Source: Schizochytrium sp. TIO01 (taxonomy: Eukaryota > Protista > Bigyra: Labyrinthulomycetes). From it: a DNA stretch of 64,000 nt. Below the pieces are notes generated by a model that saw nothing but the letters and a program-made list of their open reading frames with translations, made no database searches and was not told where the DNA came from. The position numbers were made by a program, and so were the translations under genes. The DNA lies in contig SMSO01000031.1 of NCBI GenBank assembly GCA_004764695.1, forward strand, positions 2,766,436 to 2,830,435. The letters run 5' to 3'. Below, piece by piece: positions 53,201 to 64,000 of the stretch (the stretch's first letter is position 1; each line of letters opens with the position of its first letter).

Positions 53201-56200
53201 ATTTTCAACAGTTCCTGCCAATGCTACCCGCGAAGATTTATATCCTAGTCTTGGTGTAGTCGTCCGCGACACGGCTTTGCGGTTCGGCACTAATCTTCAC
53301 CGTGCTGAGCGAGGTTCTTTTGCCAAGGCGAAAGGAGCCCCGACCCCTCCTATGAGCCTGTTTCCTCCCCATGTATTCGATCAACTTACGCATCGTGCTA
53401 CAGAAGTAAGCCGCACGGATCGGAAGACAATGTCATTGCAATGTAACTTTGGTCATGCCACTGTGTTTCTAGCGCAGCGTCCATCAAAACTTGAGCACAA
53501 ACCGAAAGCACCTCACCAGCGCGAAAGCTCAGGTAAGGGAGGCGGGGGCGCCGAAGCTAGCACGTTCGACGCAATTCTTGTGCAACTCGTTCAGGCTAGG
53601 TCCCTTGTTGGTATGGTTGCTCCTGTTGATCCCAAAGAAAATGGGCACAAGGCACGATTGAGAATGGATCTTTCTCGATTTCTTGCTCAAGCTAACGTCA
53701 TTCAGGTTTGTCAAGCCGTTGAAGTTGTAAGCTATGTTCTTCGACCTGTGTCTTCCGCTGCGGCCGCACCCGCAGACCCGCTCTTTTTGCACCACGATGC
53801 AGAAGGCTTGCCTGGAGTAGCTTTGAATGTAGATACCTTTCGAGCTGATGCAAGTTTGGACGGCCTCGCAAAGGGATTAGCGTCTTCTGCATTTAGTCTT
53901 GGAGGGGTACATTTGCATTGCCATGGGAAAACCGTAGCTTCTATGCAGGCCACAGATAGTGCCTCTACAGCTCTGTCAGGCCATGCTTTTGGCGAGGGTC
54001 ATCCAGTGACTGCAGCTTTACAGCGTATATCTTTTGCAACTCGATTGCTATCGCGATCTGTGGTTGCTAAGTTTCACGATAATCAACAACATGCTCATGA
54101 AGCACGACTTGGATTTGGATTTACCCTTGGAAATGCTCATATCGATGCCGTAAGTGCATTTTCTCTCCTTGAATGGGGAACAAACATCGGGGAGCGAATA
54201 TCTGATATCTTGAGAGTGTACGTTGGCCAACGGCGTTCTGGGTCTGATAAATTAGTCGTTGAACCTCTCGATGATTTCATTGAGGAAGATATGGGAATAC
54301 TATCTATGTCTGGTGATGGTCCAAGGATTCCGCACGAAGGCCTCCCTTTTGTTGATGAAAATATACCCGAGATGCCCCCCGTGACCTCGGATGTGATCAC
54401 AGATATACCGTATCCGCGATCTCGCAGAAGTAGCAGTCTGCTGCCCTGGATCCAAGGAACTCGTGTTTTTCTACATGTTGATGTGACCCAAGGTTCTGCA
54501 TTTCTCTCCAGTACCGTCCGCTTCAACATACCTGCTTTTCGCCTTTTGCAGAATGGCCGTGAGCACAACGATTTTCGCTGGCAAGCTGGACCACTCGTCC
54601 TTCAGATTCGTGGTCGTAACGGTTTCAAGAATGTGCTACGCGATGCTCATTTTCACGGTTCTTGTTCATGTGCGCTGGGCGAGTCTGTTGAATTGAAGCT
54701 GTCTGTGCATAGTGAGTTAATCTATTTGGATCTCGATCCAGAACGCATTGCATCTTTAACTTCGTTGCTCGGAAAACCAATGTTTAAAATGCACACAAAG
54801 AAGTCTGGCAAAGGCTCACCTGCAAATCAACAGCAAAAGTCAAAGAACAAGCAAACTTCAACGGACTGGCCTGCTTTCATCATTAATCTCCAAGGTGAAT
54901 TGGCAGGTTGCCATATCAATATGTACCCATTATCACATCGTCAACTCACCAGGACTAAATTAGGTACTCCTTATCAAATTGCCGATCATGTGGAGATTGT
55001 TCTCGAGTATATGCAATTTAGTCTTTGGCAAGACCTTTCAGCAAGCTCAATTCGGTTTTCGATTCGAGATCTTTATGTTCTCGAGCGTATGCAGTCTGCT
55101 TATGTGCAAATGCCAGAAGTTAATATTGGCCTTCCAGCGAAGAACACTTTGAAGTCGATGCCTTCTCGTACACTTGGTATTGTGATTGCATTTTTGACAC
55201 CACGGGACATTATTTCTCTTGCCTCTGCTTACAATATTTCGCTGAATTCTGCGAATCCTAAGGAGGCAACGCAGACATTCACGGACAGTTTCTTGTTCAG
55301 TTCTTCTTCTATTGACGACGAGACTTCTTTCTTCGATCGTCTTGACCAGACTATCCCGGTGGTTTGCTCACCAGCTATACATGCTATTCCTTCAAACAAA
55401 CCTACCCTGCTTTCCTGTTCAGTCAGTAAATCTTCGAGAGGCCGCCTTTTAATCGAAGGCGGGCTTCTTCCGATTGATTTGGTTCTTCGACCTGGGCTTC
55501 TGGGCGCATTAGTTCTATTGAGTTCATATGTCAGAATTCCTGGAGGTTCGACCGCGTCAAACAAGAATGTTCGCAAGAGACCCCACAACAACGCAAACAA
55601 AGCAGATAACACAGTTTTCAAGTGGCCTCAAGTTCAACTTCAGCTTGGACGTATTCGTGTATTTTTACCATGCAAAGCTTCCTTTGCTCCATATCACCAT
55701 GCATCTACTACCATTATGTTTGTTTGTGATGCTGTCCGTGCTTCTCAAACTACGGATGGCGTCGGTGCAACATGCACTATTGGGTCTATATCGATGTCAA
55801 CTTGCAACCTTACACCAAACACGATGTTGAACGAAGGGGAGCAGATTTCATTTCCAGGTGCGATCGAGGCATTTTACGCGCATGTGTATCATTACGAGAT
55901 TCAACTTGATTCAACGACATTTCTACATCCGATGTCGATGCGAGTGATCATCGGGCCTTCTGGTCATGTTGAAGTTGATGCTGACGAGTTTGTAATGCAT
56001 GCCTCCTTACATCAGGTGCGCTTGTTGCAATCATTTGCTGAGAAAGCCTCACTACTGTCTAATCTTGTCTGGTTAGACTTCCTCCTTGACCCTGATCTTC
56101 GTGTAAGTGATGCCCTCATTCGTCATATTGTCCTGAAGGAGAGTAAACCAAAGTTGAATCTCCCAAGCGACGCATTGAGCAGTTCGTCCTCGGACTTGAA

Positions 56201-59200
56201 AAATGACAATGGCGAGTTAGATATCATTGGAACACACCGATGATACTAATCGTCTTACAGAGCGATCTTCATTCTCACTCTCGGCACGGGCACCGGGGCT
56301 TAAAATCCGCATTGAGGACACTGAAGGTGGGAAGCAAGGCGATATGGTATACGCTTGGACTTCTGAATTGAGATTTATTAGTGGGAAGGAAACATGCTTT
56401 GAGATTCAGAATTGGGGTGTAGATGCAGGTGGACGGGTTGGAGCTTTGCAACCATGCACCGGATCTCAAGCTGCACTTTCTATTACGATGCCTCACAATT
56501 CGTCTGTTGTACTCGAGTTCGTGCGAGGTGTCCAGTGTGCTTTGGATGGGGACGTACTTCGAAATCTAAATAGACTATTAGTTCCCGATGGACATCTTCC
56601 TGACCACCTAACAGACATTCAGCGAGTGATAAGCAAGTACCAAGTCTTCCGTAAAGCGCGACGATTGGTCACTATGGCCCAAGAGGACCTAATTGCTTGC
56701 GAAGAAACTGATGCTGGTGCAAAAATTAAAGGCAACGTTAAGCTGGTACTCTCCTCACTCGACGTTTCAGTCTTCATTAATCATTCACTAGAATCTCCGT
56801 GTTTGCATCTTACCGCAGACCAAGTCTTTTTTCAGCAAGCATTGCGGGGCAAACGAAGCGAGTTTGAAGTAGTCGTGATCCGCTCGTCCCTTGCCGCCTC
56901 TACCACAGCTAAGGACCGAATGCTACTAGTTGAACCTACTGACTTGCGTTTTACTGGTACACAACTGCTTGATCATACGCAACGTATAAGCTTGGCGATA
57001 GAAACATCGACTATTGATGCTTCTGTGTCCCTTGAGTCACTTGCAACCGTTGTAGCCGTTGCGGAAGCGTGTACTCCGCCACCGCTTGCAGCTGCAGCAA
57101 AAGCTCTATCGGTTAACATTGCACATCGGGCGAATATTGCTGCAAATGCGGCGCAAGAAAGTCCCTTCTTTAACCCTTCTGTGCCAGATGTTACAAACGA
57201 TTTCGTGCATCTGAAGCGCATATATGAGATGGGGGATGCACAAGAGTTCGTTCACCCTGCACCTGGTCAAATTATCCTTGGAGCTGTGGGCATACCTGGT
57301 GCTGTGGTCGGATGTGAGCGAGCATGGTCATTAGCGTCGAATTCCGATCCTGATCATGGCCTGGAGGCTGGTGGACAGTGGAACCAAACGTTCTCGCCTC
57401 TCTCTGCTGCATCCGTAGGTGGCTGGGTGACACTTCGTTGGCAATATTTCGAGCCGCGAGTTATTACTAGTATTGACATTCTCAATCCACCACCTATCCC
57501 TCGAGGAGTCGCCGAGGCCGCTATTCATCCATCAGGTGTCAAAGCAGGCGTGATTGAATGCCAGCTTGCTTACTGGGATGCTTTCCGCTCCAGTTTTGTC
57601 GTGATTGCAACCTTCAACGTTCCACTAGAGGAAGAGGCCTTATCAACACCCTCGCGGCGGGCTGCAGTCGAAGAGTTTGTGGATGCGTTTTCAAATCTTG
57701 TGGACATGTCAATGAATGAAGATACAAGCTTTCAGCGTAGTAACTTTGACAGAGCTAATGAAAGCGGTCGTAAAACGAAGCTGGAAGCTAGTTCTTTCCC
57801 ACAGCAGCTTAAAAGGGAGGACCCAGCAAAAATGTGGATTCTTCGTTGGCGAGCTGCTGTGCCCAAAGAGAAGGGCAACTCGGCTGTTGACGATCGTCTT
57901 GCAGTTTGCTCTGCCTTAGCCCGATCTTTAAATGTCCAGAGCAAGAGTTCACTTTCATACTGGTACCCGATGGACGTGCAGGTATCTGCGCGTAATCTTC
58001 GTCTTGCCGTTCTTCGTAATGCCTCACTTAACTCACGCAACGAAGAAGTTCTTTTCGTTGTGCGAGCAAAAGGTTTCAACGTTCTCTCTCAGCAACGGGT
58101 AAAGGAAGCTGGTCACGTGCGCGTAAGTGCGGACCTGGAAGTGCACGTGCAAGACTTTGGTCACTTGTCTCTTTTACACTTCACGCGAATTCACCATCTT
58201 GCTATAATGCACGAGATGAATGCAGCCAATCGTGCGGAAAGTATTTGGGTTGACTGCCGACACTGGCGCTGGAACATTAGCAAGCAAACGCTACCTGCAG
58301 TGCATTATGCAGTGTTAGCTTTTGTTCGAGACATGGAAAATCTTCCGAAGCGCAGCAAGGAAATTACCTCGATTTCTAAGGGTGAAGACAAGCTAAAAAC
58401 GAAAAATGTCGAAGGAAAACCTTTGCTGCCTTCTGATGACAAAGATGATGGTGCTTCTTTGCAGTACCGACTGGTCAACTCAACTGGCCGTACGGTTTGG
58501 TATGGACAATATGGTACAGCGGAGGTATTGCGTCTTGACGCAGATGCAGCATCTTCTTATTCATGGCGAATCACGAGTACCCATCTACACCCTAGCTCGA
58601 AGGACCAGGCATTGCTTCGTCACGGCGTACCAGAAAGTGGATGGGCAAAACTCGATGAGCAACTCGATGCGCGAATGGCTCGGGCAGCAGCATTTGAGCC
58701 ACTTATGCGCTTTGCTTTATCCTCTGACCGTGGAGACGACCAACCGGGTACGTGGTCTCGGCCTACTTCGATTGATACGATTGGAGTCCATCTTCGTAGC
58801 CTGATCTTTGGTGGCGTGAGCAAGAATGAAAATAGCGTGTTTTTTGGCAATGAACCGCAAACTCGTCTGTGGGTTAGTGCACAGCGTGGTGAAAATGGCT
58901 TGCAAACCATCATCCGGCTTCTTCCTAGTCACTTTATACTTAATCGTGTGCCAGAGCCTCTTCAGATCCGGTTTTCTTCAACTACACGCGAGCTTCCTGC
59001 TTGCGACGCACAAAAGCTACATGACACTTTTGTCGGTGCTGAAGGCCGGGACAAGGATACAGAGCTTCCTTATGATGGTGTCAACATTCCTCGCTTATCT
59101 CGTTTGAGCTCGTCATCCAGTATTAAGAGTATTGGCCCTGACCCAAGCTCAAATTTATCTAGAAGAGGTAAGACTGGGCACATCGATTCGAAGGATGTTG

Positions 59201-62200
59201 AGAACGTCCATAACCCTGTGGGTTTTATTGACGAACAAGATATCGACTTTGCATTCTCTGGAGCAGGAGCTTTAGCACTGATGTGCCCAGACGTGGACCT
59301 TTTAGCATCAATGGATAGCCAAGCTCAGGATCGGGCAGAGAAGGAGCTGAGTTTTCAAGTTGGTCGACAAATTGACTGGTCAGAGCCAATATCTCTGCTT
59401 CATGTCAATGAAAATGAAGCACCAACGCTTGTAGAAGTTCCTGGCCCACTAGGAGTGCCATCAATGTGGCTTTGGGTTCACGTTCGACGAGCTCACATTC
59501 GAGCACCCTCTGGAGGGAGAATCCGTTCCTGGGTGATGGTTGAGATTTGGCCAACCGCCTATGTGTGCAACGATGCGCCGTGGCCAATTACGTGTCAAAT
59601 TCGACCTCAAAACCGTCTGGAGTTACTCCAGTATGCACTTACCAAACAAGAAAGTGACTTTTCTCGTGGGGATTGGCCTCTTCTCAAAGAAATGTCTTTG
59701 GAAAGGAGTAAGTCCTCAAGTTCTATGAATGCTGCTACGTTACCCAATGACGCATCTGGAAGCATTGCATCTAGTACAGATCATACGGAGAATACGAGCA
59801 ATGGCAAGGTTAGCAACAGCTCAAACTCAGAAGGTGCGATTGTAAGTAACCATCGTGTTTGGACAATCCCTGCCAACAGTATTTCGGCTCTTTTTGTGCA
59901 TCCTACTGTGCCCCAAGCGTTGCGTTTAGCAAGTGTGGAAGATAAGAATACTACGCCAATATGGCTGAGCCCTGCCCTACGTATCCATGAGATGTTGTTC
60001 GCAAATTGCATCTCTTCATTTGGTGCTTCTCTCAATGTAACTTCAAGCCGTATCCGGATGTCCCTTGCTCGCCATGAAGCTGCTCTCCAAGGTGGACTTA
60101 TTTCTATTCAAGCTTCCGCCCTTTCTGGCTATTCTTCTCTATTCATGCACGTATCGCCCCCTGTAATGCTATGTAATGAATCAGAAAGCCGCTTATACTT
60201 TCGATACGGAGAGCATATTACTGTTGTAGAGAAGCATTCTAAAGCATCTGTGGCATGGCGTGTTGATGCAGAGGAAGCTAACTCTGTTTGCGTTGGACGT
60301 CAAAGTCTAGGTGAAGACGGCGAGTCAATCGTCTGGTCTTCCCCTCTACTTCTCAACGATGATGATCAACAGATTGTTGCTCTTCCAGTGCTCGAAAGTG
60401 TTAAGGATGCTTCACACGCAGCCTGGGTTGCACAATACTGGTTCGAGATGAATCGAAACGCCGATGGGCAGATTGTAATTACCACGCGAGACCGTGTAAT
60501 CATTCATAACCGGATGAAGCAATCTGTCCGAGTTCGCCTGGAATCGCTTTTTTCTGAAGCTTTAGATGAAGTTTTGATTGAGGCTGGTGGATCGTGGTCG
60601 CCACTGAGCTTCTTTTGTGACGTACAGTCTGATCAGGGTGACAAGATTGGCGGGGCTTCGAATGAAATTTCTGATGCAGACTCCGAGACTGAGGTGAAAT
60701 CGGCAGACCCCACAACAGCTGTTCTTGAGAGACGATCGAGCGGATTTTCGGAATGGATCCTGAACCGTTCACAGCGTTCTGCTTCTGCAAGCTCTGTGAG
60801 CAGTCTGCTTGGAATAGGCTTTGGGGGGCACGCAGAAGACGAATCTTCTGAAAAAGATGTGTTGGACCAAAAGTTGCTCAGTACTGTGATGCGGTTGAGT
60901 ACCGAGGCTGCCCCAGACGCATGGACAGAGCCTCTTCGTGTTCGATCTCTCGAGATTGATCGCGCGTGGAAACAACTCGTGCAACTCTACGTGACGCCCC
61001 GTCATTTGGAAACAATCACGTGCATGAGCAACGAAATTGATGGAGTTGTACATCTGGCATTGCAGCGCGAAACACAACCAGAATGTGTTGTTATGAATCG
61101 AACGCAGAGTCCCATCACGGTTGGATTAGGTAATCAAGTCCTCAAGTCGTCTTGGCAAAATACTGCACTCCCTCAGGTCGCAAGCTATGGTCTGTACTTG
61201 CCACCAATGCATAGTGCGACTGTCAACTGGCTGGCTCTATCAAAGCGCGTGCGAGAACCTTTGTTTGAGGTCATGAAGTCTGGTCAAGATGAAGAACAAA
61301 CTATTGAAGATGAACAAAGTGGTGAAGATCTTATGAATGCTCGGCGATTTATATTAGAAGATAGTGGTGCTGCTCCTGGTGCAAATTCGGATGTAAATCC
61401 CAACATGCACGAGGCAGCCCAGCACATCCAGAGTAAATTGGTAGGAAAGAACCTTGTCAAAGACTACCATTTATGCATCATCGAAGAAAATGACTCGGAG
61501 TGGACTCGGCGTCCATCGGAGGTATTTGAAGGCCAGCAAAAACACGAGCACGTGCTTTTATTTCGGCGAAGCGTAGAGATTGAAGACACTGATAGGTTAT
61601 CTGGTGTTGTGCAAGAGATGGATGCAAATTCTAATGAGCATTCATCAGTTCATCGAGAGCTTGGTCGTAAGACTGTATCGTCAGAGCAGCTCGAAGTTGT
61701 AATGACTCGCCCTCACGCTTGGTGGGAGGTCGAAATTTTTGATGTAAATCAAACTCAGGACGCGGGTATGCACAATATTGAGGATTCGAGGAGTGAATTT
61801 CAAAATAATAAATCAGCAGGTCCTGCTAGCCAACGTGAAAGCGGCAACACTGCCGTCTCGCCTTTCAACAAGTCAAGGCGTTTGCAAGTTCTTGCAACGG
61901 TATCAGACTTAGAGGTGTGTCTATTTGATCAAGCACTTGAAACTGTTCATTTGCGTGTTGCTGGCTTAGAGGTATCTCATTTCATGGTGGAAACTCGCGA
62001 TGCGCGATCGTGGAGAGACGTGACGATCAACCAAACAGTTGCAGGTCGAGCTCAATGGATTCAGATGGACTCGTTTGTACCTGAGAGTGAAATTCCTGTT
62101 GTGATGCACTTCATGGAGGTGGAGTCCGAGAGTGAAGCAGAATTAGAGCTCTGCAATTGCGGTTATAGTGATCCTTTGGTGGTATCCCAAGCCCATCGTC

Positions 62201-63849
62201 AGACATGGATTTTGCGAGACCGTATTCTAGCTGCAGCATCGTGGACTGAGGTGAAGAGCGCAGGTCAAACCCTGCCTATGCAGTTTGGTAAGGTTCATCT
62301 TCGTCTAGCTCCTTTGATTGTTGCAGTAGAGGATGCCCTTCTAAAGCGTCTTGCAACCTCGTTAATGCCAATTGCTGCAACATTGATTGCTCAACAGAAA
62401 CTGTTGTTGAAGAAGAATGGAGTAGTTGGAAAAGCTTCACCCCGTTTGCCCGCTTCTGCTACCTCTGAGTGTCCAGCTCAGCTAATGGATGTGGACGACC
62501 GCATATTTATTGAAAACTTGGTGATTGAAGAGCTGAGTATTATTGCAACAGTGAGAACAACCACATTGCCAATGTTTGTAGGAATCGATCGCACACCTAT
62601 CAGACTATCAGAGGTTGCATTAGTGCGTGTTTTTGAAGGCATCAACGCGCTTCGAAATGAACTACTTGCGCACTACATTGCAGACGCCTTATTAGGATCA
62701 CCGGCTTTACTTGGTTCTTTGGAGATACTTGGAAATCCAGTTGGATTTGCAAGATCTGTGGGAGCAGGCGTCTATGACTTATTTTTCCAGCCTTTAAAGG
62801 CAATAAGGCACGGGTACGGCCCTGGTGGAATTTTACGCAGCGTTGCCCGTGGTTGGAGCTCTCTACTGATTCATCTTAGTGAAGGCGCACTCATGAGCGT
62901 CTCTGGATTCAGTAGCAGCGTTGCCCGTAATCTAGATCGGTTGTCCATGGATTCGGCTTATGCGACGCGACGTGAGCAAATGCGACGGCGCCGAACTTAC
63001 TCGTCTGGTGGTCGGCAGGCGATGTCAATGCGTGTTGCTGTCATGCTGAGGGAGACACTGAATGAACAAGAAGAGGCGATGGGCTATTGGGCCACAAGTA
63101 ATCCAGAAACCAATTTCGAAGGCGGTGTTAGACATTTGCATGATGTCTCATCATCATCACGTGCTCTTGCTTTGAACAGAGATTCTCTGCGGTACGGAAC
63201 AGCGCGCGGTCTCGCCCGAGGTGTCATGGGCCTAGGACAGGGTATGTTTGGTGCTGCAACAGGTATTGTTGTCCAACCTTTTGAAGTTGCACAGCAACAA
63301 GGTTGGGGTGTTGGTAGCGTCCTTCAGGGAGTTGGGCGTGGTTTACTTGGGGCACTCACCAAACCAATTGGAGGTGCTGCCGATTTAGTAGCTCAAACCT
63401 CTGGTGGAATAATGCAAGACGCTGGGATCGGTTCAGCTGCAGGACCTTCGTTGATGCGAGAGCGAAGTATTCTTGCCTCAGTTCCACATCATTCGTTACG
63501 ATTCAACTGGAAACTCCTGCCAGAACCTGAGCGCTATGTACACCATGAACGTGCGCGACAATTAAGCCCACAGGCACGCCTGGTAGTAGTTGTTGTCACT
63601 TCAGAAATGCTCCGATTGTACAGTCTGCTGGATGGGACTGACACCTTGCCTTTGGCTTCCTGGAAATGGTCACACGTGGCAGCCTTGGAGACTTCATTTA
63701 AGGATGCTCAGCAACTTACAATTCGACTTCATCCATCTGTATCTAGCAAGCGTGAAGTAGTGCTCGTTTTTGCCTCAAAGCAAGACCGACGTCTCCTCGT
63801 GAAGCAGGCTGTGATGTACCAGCGGAGTGCTCACGAACAGCTCATGTAA
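50268..63849 (+). CDS. VPS13B: VPS13B (COH1)-like bridge-like lipid transfer protein; two ORFs (50268-56243, 56227-63849) joined by a short intron, ~4510 aa
   Basis: Chorein_N start GGDIILRDLELRLDVLQEVLKIPLTFEFSRGFIKELRIQIHWTKLFSQPI, then INDLVLKY and QQGWGSWAWGF in ORF1. ORF2 has LRWQYFEPRVIT, VAB-type repeats, GSLEILGNPVGFARSVGAGVYDLF...SSVARNLDRLSMD, ATG2_C-like GVGRGLLGALTKPIGGAADLVAQT and a terminal PH-like region. Confidence 0.92.
56212..56260 (+). other. Putative short intron in VPS13B; best-fitting donor is non-canonical GC (49 nt); acceptor well supported
   Basis: Branch-point-like TACTAAT at 56244-56250, then CGTCTTACAG ending at 56260. The downstream frame needs a phase-1 donor; AATG|GCGAGT at 56212 is phase 1. 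Alternative phase-1 GT donors are at 56182 (GTTCGT), 56143 (GTAAAC) and 56101 (GTGTAA). Confidence 0.6.
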
Positions 63850-64000
63850 ACGTGTCCCTATGCTGTGCATCTTTCGCAAATTTGCTTGGTAGTAGCCAAA
63901 CATATAAGGAGAAAGAAAAATCTTTAAGAGAGGACATTAAGTGAAGCTTTTAATGTCTTGATTCATCGAAAAATGCAGTTGCAACCTTACAAACTTGTTA

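Noticed and set aside
56227-63849. Second VPS13 ORF as an independent gene
   Set aside because: TTG start, no promoter space, a splice acceptor at 56260, and domains that continue the upstream ORF.

Overview
Gene-dense, intron-poor eukaryotic nuclear DNA. Gene content, rare introns and dense tetranucleotide microsatellites suggest a stramenopile protist, probably a thraustochytrid/labyrinthulomycete (inference). Thirteen protein-coding genes are supported: 5'-truncated Rab escort protein; small S/K-rich hypothetical; NKCC-type SLC12 cation-chloride cotransporter; a protein ending in a lone Twinkle/T7-primase-type zinc-binding domain; a 2039-aa Sfi1-repeat protein with a C-terminal GAF domain; a coiled-coil hypothetical; choline/ethanolamine phosphotransferase; a two-exon PP1 catalytic subunit with variant motifs; an orphan signal-peptide/KDEL protein; a STIL-like centriole protein; a piggyBac-transposase-derived gene without visible element ends; a TM+DUF1769+DUF547 protein whose 3' end overlaps it by 22 nt; and a ~4510-aa VPS13B orthologue split over two ORFs, most likely by a short intron that may be GC-AG. 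A ~6.5 kb gene-free region upstream of PP1 is packed with period-4 microsatellites, including ~75 copies of TCTA. No rRNA, tRNA or CRISPR array was recognised. All family assignments are from motifs recalled by eye; no searches were run.
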